DNA of 64,000 bases from Spirochaetia bacterium (GCA_038204425.1 JBBRCZ010000006.1:80363-144362), one strand, 5' to 3'. Positions 10,104 to 20,009 are shown, numbered from the stretch's first letter. The notes: generated by a model not told the origin, from the letters alone. Program-made: numbers and translations.

Positions 10104-10505
10104 TTAATCAGGCTCACCAAACCTTCGGGTAAAGTGGATGCTGCGACCACCGTCTTCCCAATGATGCTCGCTGGCAAACTCGTCAAAGATAAAAAACCCA
10201 TGCCCTCGCTCGCCGCCAATTTTTCTTTCTGCCATTACTCGAGCAAGGTCAAACCCTTGTCCGCTGTCGCTTACAACTGCCAGCCAGTGATCATCAAATA
10301 GGCGAATATCAATACTAATACACTGCCGTGGGTCAAATAAGCCACCGTGTTCAATCGCGTTTTCGACTGCCTCTCTGAAGAGCAGTTCTATAGCGAAGCG
10401 GTCGGCACGGTTCTTAATCAAGGACAAATGCTCTTTGAGCGTAGCAAAGAATGCTTCGGCTTCCATTGAGCTCGCTTGTATGATAAAAGAAATTGCTTGT
10501 TCCAT
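10104..10505 (-). CDS. Stand-alone anti-sigma factor / Ser kinase (RsbW/SpoIIAB-type HATPase)
   Basis: EAVENAIEHG, VSDSGQGFD and ERGHGFF boxes. Confidence 0.85.
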   Translation of the reverse strand: MEQAISFIIQASSMEAEAFFATLKEHLSLIKNRADRFAIELLFREAVENAIEHGGLFDPRQCISIDIRLFDDHWLAVVSDSGQGFDLARVMAERKIGGERGHGFFIFDEFASEHHWEDGGRSIHFTRRFGEPD

Positions 10506-10662
10506 AATTATAGCTAAAAGTATCGTGCACTGCTGTCTAAACTTCCAGAAAAACGCGTTTAAATTTCACCTATAGACTAAAAAAGTCCAAACCAGACAAT
10601 GTCTTCCAAACTGTACTTTGTTTACCTTGCAGTCTGGTGGGTGTCGGGTTAGAATGAACACA

Positions 10663-12408
10663 ATGAAGGCGTCTCTGCTATTTCTACCTATCAAATCTAA
10701 AGCTCCGAGTGTGGCTCTACCCTCTCTAACGCAACTCTTAACCGATGGTGGTTATATTCGTAGCATCGGTGATGGTCTCTACGCTTTTTTACCGCTTGGT
10801 ATGCTTGTTTTGCAAAGCATAATCCAATTGATCCGCACCGAGCTCAAAAGGCTCGGTGGTCAAGAAATCTTATTGCCAATGGTGAGCCCAATGCCACTAT
10901 TGGAAGCCACAGGGCAGGATCAAATTCTGGGGAGTGAGCTGCTTACTCTAAAAGATAGCAAAGACCGAATCTTGGCTATCGCTCCTTCACACGATGCGCC
11001 CATGCTGGAACTTTTAAAGGGTGTCTTGCATTCGAGCTGGCAATTGCCGGCCTACTTTTTCCAGATCCAAGCCAAGGCCAAAGACGACCTCAGCCTTGGA
11101 AGTGCAGAAGCAGGCTTTTTGGCGCCGCGCGAATACTTGATGAATGATTCATTTAGCGTTCATCAAAGCTTTACGCAACTAAACAACTTTATTCCAAAGA
11201 TTTACGGTGCGTTTAGACGCATATTTACGCTTTGTGGCCTGGAGCCCTTAGTATCAGAAGGTGCTCCGAGTGATCCTTTTGGCTTGCACAGTCATGATTT
11301 TATTGTGCTGGACAAGCACGGTGATTATCGGGTGGTAGTTTGTGAACAATGCCACTATATTGCCGACCAAAGGCTGGCAGTTGGCTTGTCCAAGATTAGC
11401 TGTCACCGCCCCTTGCCCCTCGAGCGTGGATCAAAGACGGCGACGCATTGTTTGGGGGATCTTTTGAGGGAGCTGGGGTTTGCCACAAGTCAATTGGCGC
11501 TTGCTCATGTTTACAGTGCCCAAAAAGGCTTTGTGATGGCTGTTGCAAGAGCAGATCAGGCCATTAGTCGGGTCAAATTGAGTAGAATTTTGGGTGAGCC
11601 CATTTTTCAAGCCCTTGATGCGTCTGCACTGGAATCCTTGGACCTCTGTCCAGGTTTTATGTCGCCAATGGGTTTGGATCTGCAAGATACGCTGTCGTAT
11701 GGATTAAGGATAGTAGTAGACAAGTCGGTTGCAGAGACACCTAATCTACTGATTGGTGCTAACCTGTCCGGTGAGTACTGGGTCAACAGCAATTTTGGTC
11801 GGGACTACGAAGCACATCTGGTTGGTGACATTGCTGTTGTTGATGAACGCCAACGCTGTTATCACTGTGGTGGTGAGCTTAAAGTATATGAGGCAATCAA
11901 GATTGCCTCTATTGATCGTGTCAATGATATGCACTCGCGCGCTCTGTCATTGTTGGTCAAAGACGACAAGGGTACTTTGATTCCCCCTTGCATGGGATTT
12001 TACGGTTTGAGTATCACGCGACTTTTGGGAGCGGTGGCCTTAAGCTACCGGGACGAACGAGGGCTTCGTTGGCCATTGCAAGTTACTCCTTACAAAGCGG
12101 TGCTTCAAGTTGTAGGAAAGAATTTTCGACTTCAGCTTCTTGCCCAAGAAATCCATGACTCGCTAGGCGAGCATCTACTGTGGGATGACAGGCCGATTTC
12201 ATTCTCGCAAAAATGTCTCGACGCTGATAGAATGGGCATTTCTATGCGGATAATCATTTCTACGGCAAGTCTCGCAGATCGAAGTGTTATGATTCTGTCA
12301 CGAACCGGTACATTGAGGAAGCGTGTCACTTTTCATACCGTTAGGTCGGTTTTGATGGAGTACTGGAGGCTCGAGCGTGAGGCCCACGGACTACACGAAG
12401 AGGTATAA
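10663..12408 (+). CDS. Degenerate prolyl-tRNA synthetase paralogue (catalytic, INS/YbaK and anticodon-binding domains)
   Basis: Colinear with bacterial-type ProRS (GLYAFLPLG, QLPAYFFQIQ, REYLMND, GAN, NFGRD, MGxYG, RGLRWP, DDR), but key residues are substituted. The start is placed at ATG 10663, 7 nt after TAGAAT. Confidence 0.85.
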   Translation: MKASLLFLPIKSKAPSVALPSLTQLLTDGGYIRSIGDGLYAFLPLGMLVLQSIIQLIRTELKRLGGQEILLPMVSPMPLLEATGQDQILGSELLTLKDSKDRILAIAPSHDAPMLELLKGVLHSSWQLPAYFFQIQAKAKDDLSLGSAEAGFLAPREYLMNDSFSVHQSFTQLNNFIPKIYGAFRRIFTLCGLEPLVSEGAPSDPFGLHSHDFIVLDKHGDYRVVVCEQCHYIADQRLAVGLSKISCHRPLPLERGSKTATHCLGDLLRELGFATSQLALAHVYSAQKGFVMAVARADQAISRVKLSRILGEPIFQALDASALESLDLCPGFMSPMGLDLQDTLSYGLRIVVDKSVAETPNLLIGANLSGEYWVNSNFGRDYEAHLVGDIAVVDERQRCYHCGGELKVYEAIKIASIDRVNDMHSRALSLLVKDDKGTLIPPCMGFYGLSITRLLGAVALSYRDERGLRWPLQVTPYKAVLQVVGKNFRLQLLAQEIHDSLGEHLLWDDRPISFSQKCLDADRMGISMRIIISTASLADRSVMILSRTGTLRKRVTFHTVRSVLMEYWRLEREAHGLHEEV

Positions 12409-12414
12409 AACACA

Positions 12415-13305
12415 ATGAGCTTTGAACTGAGCCCAGATTTATTGAACGATTTGATTTTTGGCATGGAAAATCAGCAGGCCCAACAAGTTCTTGATACTAA
12501 GTCGCTAAAACTCATTGAGGGTCGCCCAGAGCTAAGCGATGATGTAAACTATCTGCTTCTGCCCGAATGGACGTCAGCCAATGGTTTTGAATTGATGGAG
12601 AGCTTCGTACTAGGGCTGCACAGTCCATTGTTAAGAGAGCGCCTGTGGTCAATTCTGGAGAGCGGGCGCGGGGTCTTTAAAAACTTTAAGGCCGCATTGC
12701 GAGAAGAGCCAGCACTCGAGCAAAAGTGGCAGCGCCACAAGCGCTTGGCGATGAGAAGTCATATTTTGGGTTGGTACAACGAATTAAGAGACTATTGGGG
12801 GCTTTTGCCGATCGCGGCCATGGAGGAAGAGGACGGAGATACTACTGAGCTGGTCAAGTGGGACTTTAGTATTCGATCGGCGGACATAGAGCATATTGTG
12901 TCTCTTACTAGTTTAGATAAACACTACTTCCAAGAAAATCTGCGGCAACTTGACTTGTCAGATCTAAGCCAGGATGGAGCTGAGCAGCTTTTTTTGTACT
13001 TTAGAGAAGGCCTTGCGCCGCCCCGGCCAGAGCAATTTATAGTTTGTTATACTCCAGATGACGAGATAGCTGGCTTTCTTTGGTATCAAAACCGTTGCGG
13101 ACTCAATGAAATTCTTCAACTTGCTGTCGCAGAGGCTTATCGAGGCTTGGGAATTGCTAAGTCGCTGATGGAACAATTCCACAAAAAGATTGCTGCTAGC
13201 ACAGGGCAAAAAATCATTGTAAAACTGCCTTCTCAGCCAACTTGGGTTGCTCAAAGTTTTGAGAAACAAGGGTTCAAAAGTCTCGGTTCAATTGCTTTGT
13301 TTTAG
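12415..13305 (+). CDS. UPF0158-like domain fused to a GNAT acetyltransferase
   Basis: N-terminal LIFGMENQ...LPEWTSANGFELMESF...GRGVFKNFK. C-terminal acyl-CoA motif LAVAEAYRGLGIAKSLM and FEKQGF. Confidence 0.75.
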   Translation: MSFELSPDLLNDLIFGMENQQAQQVLDTKSLKLIEGRPELSDDVNYLLLPEWTSANGFELMESFVLGLHSPLLRERLWSILESGRGVFKNFKAALREEPALEQKWQRHKRLAMRSHILGWYNELRDYWGLLPIAAMEEEDGDTTELVKWDFSIRSADIEHIVSLTSLDKHYFQENLRQLDLSDLSQDGAEQLFLYFREGLAPPRPEQFIVCYTPDDEIAGFLWYQNRCGLNEILQLAVAEAYRGLGIAKSLMEQFHKKIAASTGQKIIVKLPSQPTWVAQSFEKQGFKSLGSIALF

Positions 13306-14177
13306 GCTTGCAACCTTATATTTTCGGCGAAGACATGTATGCGTTCAAGCTCAGCCATAACTGCGTCAGCGACTGCTTGTTTGGGATCTTCCTCGGTCCG
13401 GCCGCGATTGGCGGTCCTAAACTCTTTGGTGTCGAGAATCGTGTCGGCATAGAAGACAACTTTATCAGCAAAAGGCATGTCTTTGGTCATGTCGCCATTT
13501 GGATTGGGACGCAGGGTATTTCCTGCGATGCCGATCAAAAGTAGGTGGTCAAAGGACTTTATGTAAGAGTCGATTTCTTTTAGACCTCTCTTGGTTTGGT
13601 CATGACCAGGTCTATAACGTGTCCCAGAAGGAAAAACTAGAACTATGTTGCCTTTGTGTTTGTGACGGACCATTTCATGTAACGCGGCCATGTTAATCGA
13701 ACGAGCTCGCATAACTTCCTCTTGAGCTGTTGGGCCATCCTCTTTGAGTTTGCTTAGGCTTCTGGATGGATAGATAACGATCCGGCTGTAAGCCTCAGCA
13801 AACGCGCGTGCAAAATTGGTTTCTTCGTTAAGCTTAGCACCCGCCATCGCAATGATCTGATTGACTGCAGCTTTAGCGTCTGCTGAGTGCTGTTCCATTA
13901 AGTAGAAGAAATTGGGAATATCAAAGTTAGAGTAGTGTTCCATGAGTATCAGACAGGATTGGCCGGCCTGTGCTCGTCGGGCTAGTTCCAGAATATTTTC
14001 CATACCGGCCACCTGGCTGCCTGGCGTGATCAACTGGCCCAAAAGTTTATCAATGTGTAGGCGATTGGCGAGATTTGCGACTTGGAAGACATTGCTTGGA
14101 TCAATTCTGGCGGCTTGGACGGAGTTTTTGAGCATGACCGCAATTATTTCCTGCGCCATTACATCTATAGATTTCAC
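13302..14177 (-). CDS. Glycerol-3-phosphate / 1-acylglycerol-3-phosphate acyltransferase
   Basis: HX4D motif EHYSNFD and VFPSGTR. The start is placed at GTG 14177 after AGGAG. Confidence 0.8.
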   Translation of the reverse strand: MKSIDVMAQEIIAVMLKNSVQAARIDPSNVFQVANLANRLHIDKLLGQLITPGSQVAGMENILELARRAQAGQSCLILMEHYSNFDIPNFFYLMEQHSADAKAAVNQIIAMAGAKLNEETNFARAFAEAYSRIVIYPSRSLSKLKEDGPTAQEEVMRARSINMAALHEMVRHKHKGNIVLVFPSGTRYRPGHDQTKRGLKEIDSYIKSFDHLLLIGIAGNTLRPNPNGDMTKDMPFADKVVFYADTILDTKEFRTANRGRTEEDPKQAVADAVMAELERIHVFAENIRLQA

Positions 14178-14375
14178 CCTGGTGGCTCTCCTGATCAAAA
14201 ATTGGCTTGAGTTAAGAAAAAAACCGCATAGCCATAGAATAGAATCCAGCAAGTAGTTATAGATTGTGTTTGTGATCGTCAATGAGCATGTGCAAATCTT
14301 TGATACTTGGTATTCGTGTAAACATAGTATCACAAAAAAGTTGCTTCTCGTCTACTGGCAGGTGTTAAGCTAAAG

Positions 14376-15347
14376 CTACTGTGGAACGTTGAGTAAGGAG
14401 TACAAACGACCCTCTGAGTTGGAGCCGCGAGACAAATTGAGCGCGTCGAGTTGCGTCTCACCAAAGGACAGGTAATGGTAGTAGTAGGTGCCTGGCAGCA
14501 ATTTGAGTTCTAGCTCAAAGACTCTGAGCGAAGCGTCGCGCGGGTAGGAGCCCGCGTCAAGAAGTTGGTGCATGTAGGGGTCAAAGTGATTAAAAGTGCC
14601 AGCAGCAAAAATTTCACTGCCTGCCGGGCCAACGTAACGTAAGATAACTTTTTTGCCTGACCTACTACCAATAGAAGCTTGACGGGCCATTTCTGCTGCA
14701 GTGCTCGCCGTGCGTTGCGGTGTTTGATGAATGTTAACAATCTCAGGGCTAATGGTGGCAAGCGAAGGTGCTCGTTCGATCGCTATCTGCGAAACCAACG
14801 AACCGTTAATCTTGCGCAGTGTGTTTTTGTTGGCAGGATCATGGGTCCAAATGCCATCAATCACATAGCGATACTCAAGTGGTGATCCCGAGGCTGTAAG
14901 TTCTTGCTGAGTTTTTCGAGCTAGGGTGTAATAGAGGAAATAGACCGTGCTTTCTGTCCCGTCGGTAAAGTTGTTAACTGTCTTGGTCATGGTGTGTAGA
15001 ATTCTATAGTTTTCATGGGCAAAGGCCATCGCTACGTGACGAACAACTTTGCTACGCAGATCCTGAACACCACGGTTGCTGGTATGGAAACTTGGTCCCA
15101 GATTAGCTGATGTCGCGGCATATGAAAACAAAATAATGGTTTCGGGCGCTTGAAAGTCAGGTTGGAGCGAAGCTACGAACCTTGGTTGACTTGCTGTTCG
15201 CAATGACTTTATTTCCTGATGTCTGGTCTGGCCCATGTTTTGGCTATAAAGAGGCGAGTTATCAGTGTTTACAGATTCGGCCATAAGCGGATACAATCCG
15301 CAAAGGAGCATCACAAAAATACTTGTTGTTTTTCTAAGACCACGCAT
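14376..15347 (-). CDS. Exported protein with two CBM48/AMPK-type glycogen-binding (early-set) domains
   Basis: Signal peptide, YRYVIDGIWTHDPAN, and AGTFNHFDPY...LLPGTYYYHY...DALN. Confidence 0.7.
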   Translation of the reverse strand: MRGLRKTTSIFVMLLCGLYPLMAESVNTDNSPLYSQNMGQTRHQEIKSLRTASQPRFVASLQPDFQAPETIILFSYAATSANLGPSFHTSNRGVQDLRSKVVRHVAMAFAHENYRILHTMTKTVNNFTDGTESTVYFLYYTLARKTQQELTASGSPLEYRYVIDGIWTHDPANKNTLRKINGSLVSQIAIERAPSLATISPEIVNIHQTPQRTASTAAEMARQASIGSRSGKKVILRYVGPAGSEIFAAGTFNHFDPYMHQLLDAGSYPRDASLRVFELELKLLPGTYYYHYLSFGETQLDALNLSRGSNSEGRLYSLLNVPQ

Positions 15348-15356
15348 GTATCTATT

Positions 15357-15383
15357 GTATCGGCAATGGCGATGCTTTCTTGA
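15357..15383 (-). promoter_or_regulatory. Putative sigma28 (FliA) promoter
   Basis: TCAA-15 nt-GCCGATAC on the minus strand, compared with the consensus TAAA-N15-GCCGATAA. Confidence 0.45.
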
Positions 15384-15431
15384 TACAGTCACTTGAGAAA
15401 TCTACAAGTATGTCGATGATAGTCTATAGCG

Positions 15432-18400
15432 ATGCCAGAACTAGAGCAACTTGAAAAGTTTAACCAAGACCTCATCAATATCGGCGACGAACCAGCCCAG
15501 GCTAAACGCCGAGGCGAAGATATAGAGAGGGTTATGACGCCCGAGGAATATCCTCTCAATAATGTAGGTTCCGGCGTCAAAACAAACAAATCAACCGTCA
15601 GTGCTTCAAATGATGAGGGCCAAGGGCAGGACGATGCCTCGGCCGGAACTGATGATTTTCTTGCCAGTTTGGAGCCAGATCTATTTGAGTCGAATGACGA
15701 TGAGTCCGGCGGCTCTCCGATTGACTATGGTGAGCTCGGTCTTGGACTTGATGATGAAGCCTCCAGTTCTGCACAACCTGATGACGATGCGTCAGACCTC
15801 TTTGAGGATGACTTGCTATCCACTATTAATGCTGGTTTGGGCGATGAGGACTTAGAACAAGATGCTGACGCCACCGAAACCAAGGACGACGAAGCAAGTT
15901 TCTTAGACGGCTTTAGTGATGACTTTTTGACTGGCGGGCAAGACGCTCTGACAGAGTTCGATGCCGAACTTGAAACTGAAGCTGAGCCTGAAGCAAAACT
16001 TGAAACCGAGCCTGAAGCAAAACTTGAAACCGATAAAATACTTGAAACAGACGATCTTGATTCTATTGAAAATAGCCAACTCGGTGATCTCCCCGACCTA
16101 GATGATGATCATTTTATTGGCGATCTGGCTTCCAGTGATGATCCAGATACAGAACTTGATTTGGTTTTGCCGGATGATTCAAGTCCGGGGGCGGTAGACG
16201 CCGGTCTTGACCTCGGTGCTGATTTTGATGAACTAGGTCTAGACGACTTTGAAACAGATGCTGACAATGAATTTCACCAAGCTGCGCAGAGTTTTGATGC
16301 TGATGCCATAGCTGGAAGTCAAGCGGACGCTGAGGCAGTAAGCGCTAGTTCTGACGAATTCCCCTCAATGCCTGATTTTGGCGCCGACATGGATGCCGAC
16401 TTTTCTACTGACAGCTTTAATGACGAATTTGACATGAGTGACTTTGGCAAAGACTTTGGTTTGATGGAAGAAGTCAAGTCAGAAGACTGGGGTAAGCCAG
16501 GTGCTGGAGCAAAGTCAGATGACAACAAACTGTCTGTCGTGTCTGATGCCGAAGAAGAAATTCAAAAAGTAAGCATACAGGACGAAGCCGAAGCTTTTGA
16601 AATTTCCGATAAAGATTTTAAGTACCTTCAAGATAGCCTGAGTGCAATGCCGCTCAATCTCAAAATCGCAGCAGAAGAAGTGCTGGCCTCCGAAACCTAT
16701 AGCTTTGAAGAGCTACGATTATTGATTGGCATGCTGGTTAGAGGTGACAGTCCCAAAGATATAGCAAGTGTTGTTAGCCGGATAACTGGCAAGAAAATAA
16801 AGGTTCCTGCAGGCTATCAGCGCAAAACTGGTCTGGCTTTTGAGCAAGAACAAAAGAGTTTTGCCTATCAGTTTAGACATAATATTGTTCCACTGCTTCG
16901 AGTGGTTTCGCTCAGTTTTGTCGCCGCTGCTGTTCTCTTCTACGCCATTTATGAGTTTGTTTATCGACCAATTTATGGAGCCAGCCTCTACGAACAAGGA
17001 TTGCAAGCTATAAGAAGTGGCGAGTTTGATAGTGGCAATCAGTTTTTTAAATGGGCTTGGATCCAGTGGCCCGACGAGAGCCGCTATGTTCAATATGCCC
17101 AAGCCTTTAGAGAAATGCGTGCCGACGCTAAGGCACGAGAAAAGTTTATAGAACTACTAGGTAGACCCAATGTTAAGGACAAACCGATTGGTGTAAATCG
17201 ATTGCATCGACAGGGAATTTTGCAATTTGCCGATTTTCTGGGTTACTATCGAAGAGAATACTCATTGGCCGTCAATTATTTACAACGCTTGGTAGACGTC
17301 AACAAATTTGACCACGATCCAACTATTATGCAAGGCGACATCTTTTTGGAGTGGGCTCGCTACACCAGCTCAAGCAGCGTTTTTTCCATAGAAAGGAACG
17401 GCCGTATCGAGTCTCAAAAGACTGTCGCGGATCTGTATGAGGCTGCACGCTACAACTATGCAAGTCTTATTTCTAGCGAAGGCCAGACCGACATACTATT
17501 GTCTAGAATGCTCAGGTATTTTATGCGAACGGGCAACGAAGACGAAGTAGTCAAGATCAAGAATCTGTTTCTTAAGGATTCGGAAGCAAAGCCTGATGGA
17601 AATGTTACTGCAGAGTTGGCAGGTTACCTGATAGATAGCGCAGAGGGCAACTTTAAGATAATGGATGAGGCTTACAAACTTATTCTCAAGTCGATCAATG
17701 GCGGCTACATGGAAGAGCCAGGGCTGCACTACCAATTGTCGCGCTATTCACGCTTTTTTAAGAGCCAGGATGAAGAAGAAAAAGCACTCAAGTGGGCCAG
17801 AACCTACTATGAGCGCCTTCAAGAGAAGCGTGCCTTTAACCAGTTTGAACGCACTCAGTATATCGACACCTTAATTAGGGATGGCGAGCGTCTCTACGGC
17901 CCTCTCTATGGCAATACCGACCTACTAAACGCCATAAACGTGCTCACTACGGCGCGTGAACTATACGACAGTGGTCTCAAGGCGTCTCTCTTACCGGAAA
18001 AAACGCCTTTGCTTGGCAGGGTCTACGCGCGGCTTGGCGATGTGCTTTATTATGATGCGCGAGATCTACCCGGCGCGCTGCGTCAATATAGAATTGCACG
18101 TGATCATGGCTATGGAAATACGCCAAAGGAAGTAGGCTTGGGTTCGGCGGGACTACTGAGTCAGGGAACACACAAGCGATTGTTCTTGCCCGTCGGCGAT
18201 GCAGGCGTGCCCCACCTTTCTAGTGTCGAACTCATAGAAGCAGCGCGCGATATCGCTTACAAATCAGGCTACGTCTACTACAACCTCGCGAGAGTTATGC
18301 GCCCGCGCAGCGTCGACCAAGAGCGCAATTTTGATAGAGCCGCTTCTGAGTTTATTCAGGCAGAGGGTGCTTTAGTGCATCGCAACATCAATCTGCAGTA

Positions 18401-18875
18401 CGCAATTGCAAACACGCACTACTTGCGAGCAAACTACGATGCTGCTTCTAGTGAGTACCGTTTGATCCTTGAGCGTTTGCGTTTAGAACGCGAAAACATA
18501 CCCGAGCTGCTACTCGAGGAAGACCCCGCCCATCGTGAGCTTGTTGAGTTTATGATTCGCGTTAACAATAACCTTGGCGTAAGCTACTACCAACTCTATC
18601 GCCAAGGCGGCGTAGATGCGGCAGAAAACCTCGGCCAAGGCTTGTTCCATGTTGGACGTGCGATTGAGTTGTACGAAAACGCAGCGCGCAGCCCAGAAAC
18701 TGCAGTGCGAGCCGAACGGAAGAGCCAAGCCTATAATAACCTCAGAGCCATGATAGCCAAAGACTTTACCGATTCGGTAAGCATTACGCTCGACCTACGT
18801 CGAGACCTATCACATACACTTTTTAGCAAAGATCTAATGACCATACCAGAAGCATCACCTGAACCTGTCCGATAA
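15432..18875 (+). CDS. flcA: Periplasmic flagellar collar protein FlcA-like (acidic N-terminus, one TM segment, TPR region)
   Basis: MPELEQLEKF..IGDEP N-terminus, a long Asp/Glu-rich region, PLNLKIAAEE, a single TM segment and TPR-like helices with NNLGV. This architecture is recalled from spirochaete FlcA. Confidence 0.7.
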   Translation: MPELEQLEKFNQDLINIGDEPAQAKRRGEDIERVMTPEEYPLNNVGSGVKTNKSTVSASNDEGQGQDDASAGTDDFLASLEPDLFESNDDESGGSPIDYGELGLGLDDEASSSAQPDDDASDLFEDDLLSTINAGLGDEDLEQDADATETKDDEASFLDGFSDDFLTGGQDALTEFDAELETEAEPEAKLETEPEAKLETDKILETDDLDSIENSQLGDLPDLDDDHFIGDLASSDDPDTELDLVLPDDSSPGAVDAGLDLGADFDELGLDDFETDADNEFHQAAQSFDADAIAGSQADAEAVSASSDEFPSMPDFGADMDADFSTDSFNDEFDMSDFGKDFGLMEEVKSEDWGKPGAGAKSDDNKLSVVSDAEEEIQKVSIQDEAEAFEISDKDFKYLQDSLSAMPLNLKIAAEEVLASETYSFEELRLLIGMLVRGDSPKDIASVVSRITGKKIKVPAGYQRKTGLAFEQEQKSFAYQFRHNIVPLLRVVSLSFVAAAVLFYAIYEFVYRPIYGASLYEQGLQAIRSGEFDSGNQFFKWAWIQWPDESRYVQYAQAFREMRADAKAREKFIELLGRPNVKDKPIGVNRLHRQGILQFADFLGYYRREYSLAVNYLQRLVDVNKFDHDPTIMQGDIFLEWARYTSSSSVFSIERNGRIESQKTVADLYEAARYNYASLISSEGQTDILLSRMLRYFMRTGNEDEVVKIKNLFLKDSEAKPDGNVTAELAGYLIDSAEGNFKIMDEAYKLILKSINGGYMEEPGLHYQLSRYSRFFKSQDEEEKALKWARTYYERLQEKRAFNQFERTQYIDTLIRDGERLYGPLYGNTDLLNAINVLTTARELYDSGLKASLLPEKTPLLGRVYARLGDVLYYDARDLPGALRQYRIARDHGYGNTPKEVGLGSAGLLSQGTHKRLFLPVGDAGVPHLSSVELIEAARDIAYKSGYVYYNLARVMRPRSVDQERNFDRAASEFIQAEGALVHRNINLQYAIANTHYLRANYDAASSEYRLILERLRLERENIPELLLEEDPAHRELVEFMIRVNNNLGVSYYQLYRQGGVDAAENLGQGLFHVGRAIELYENAARSPETAVRAERKSQAYNNLRAMIAKDFTDSVSITLDLRRDLSHTLFSKDLMTIPEASPEPVR
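15984..16031 (+). repeat. In-frame 24-bp tandem duplication (EPEAKLET x2)
   Basis: gagcctgaagcaaaacttgaaacc occurs twice, flanked by degenerate cttgaaac copies. Confidence 0.9.
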
Positions 18876-18877
18876 GC

Positions 18878-19978
18878 TTAGCCTCTAACTTTGACCATCC
18901 AGTTGAACTTGTCTTCCAGCTCACCATATTGAATACCCTTGAGCGTGCGAAGTAGCTGCAAAGTAAGTTCGCCGGGTTTGCCGTTGCCCATTACTGAGGT
19001 TTTTTCTTGATGGGTGATAGACTCCAAATAACTGACGCCAGCAGCGGTACCAGTGACAAAACACTCTATACCTTCACTCATAGCTTCATCAATGGTAATC
19101 GGGCGCTCTTCGCAGCTTACGCCCATGTCCCGGGCCAGCTCCAAAACGCTTCGGCGGTTGATGCCGTCCAAAATCCTGTCTTCTAGATTTGGAGTCACCA
19201 GACTGTTATTCTTGAGTCTAAAGAATATATTGCAGGACGAACCCTCTTCTATAAAGGTGCCTGTTTTTGCGTCCAAGAATATGGCTTCCATGTAGCCACG
19301 GGCTATGGCATCTTTTTTAGCAAGTGTGGGAATAACATAGTTGGCGTTGCACTTGATCCAGCCCGTGCCATGGCTGTTGGCTCTAACCATATTGGTTGTC
19401 AAAGCTTTTGAGTTTGCGTTGAGGTCAAAGTAACTGCCAACCGGTGTTCCGACAATTATGACCCAAGGGTGATGAGAAAGGTTAAGCCCTATGCCACCTT
19501 CGCTGAGGGTAAAAGGCCTAAGGTAGATGGCTTCGGCCGTCACAAAATTATCCTTTTCCCACGCATTTTTGTAGTAGGGTCTAAAGCCAAGGTCAGCATT
19601 TTTGGCTACTGTCTCAAGACTTGCATCAACAAACAAGTTTTGTGGAAAGCCCGGCATCTTGAGGCCGACCATTGATCGTTCAAAGCGTTTGCCGTTCATG
19701 TCGGGTCTAAAAATCTTGAGACTGCCGTCTTTTTGAGGATAGGCCTTGAGCCCTTCAAAACACCCAAACCCGTACTGGTTGGTGTAATTAATTAGTGGCA
19801 GATTGCCAGCAGCGTTTCTTCTTGTATGAATATCCGCGCGAGCGGAATCGTCCAGAGCGGCTTCTTGTTCTTGACCTTGGTGAGGAGCTTCAAGATAGTG
19901 CTCATGCCACGCATTTTGTGGTGTCCATTTGGCCTGATAGGTCCAAGGGTATAGTGAAAGGCTAAAGCCTGCTGCCAT
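18878..19978 (-). CDS. ilvE: Branched-chain amino acid aminotransferase
   Basis: FEGLKAY, IFRPD, YLRP, KCNANY, EEGSSCNIF, ILDGINRRS and GTAA. Confidence 0.92.
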   Translation of the reverse strand: MAAGFSLSLYPWTYQAKWTPQNAWHEHYLEAPHQGQEQEAALDDSARADIHTRRNAAGNLPLINYTNQYGFGCFEGLKAYPQKDGSLKIFRPDMNGKRFERSMVGLKMPGFPQNLFVDASLETVAKNADLGFRPYYKNAWEKDNFVTAEAIYLRPFTLSEGGIGLNLSHHPWVIIVGTPVGSYFDLNANSKALTTNMVRANSHGTGWIKCNANYVIPTLAKKDAIARGYMEAIFLDAKTGTFIEEGSSCNIFFRLKNNSLVTPNLEDRILDGINRRSVLELARDMGVSCEERPITIDEAMSEGIECFVTGTAAGVSYLESITHQEKTSVMGNGKPGELTLQLLRTLKGIQYGELEDKFNWMVKVRG

Positions 19979-20009
19979 GTCAATTCCTCCGACGGATTAA
20001 GTGAGGGCT

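Noticed and set aside
10663..12408. Calling this gene canonical proS, a pseudogene, or an EF-P-modifying enzyme
   Set aside because: Key catalytic residues are missing, yet the frame is intact. EF-P here is the EarP type and lies about 48 kb away with no evidence of linkage.
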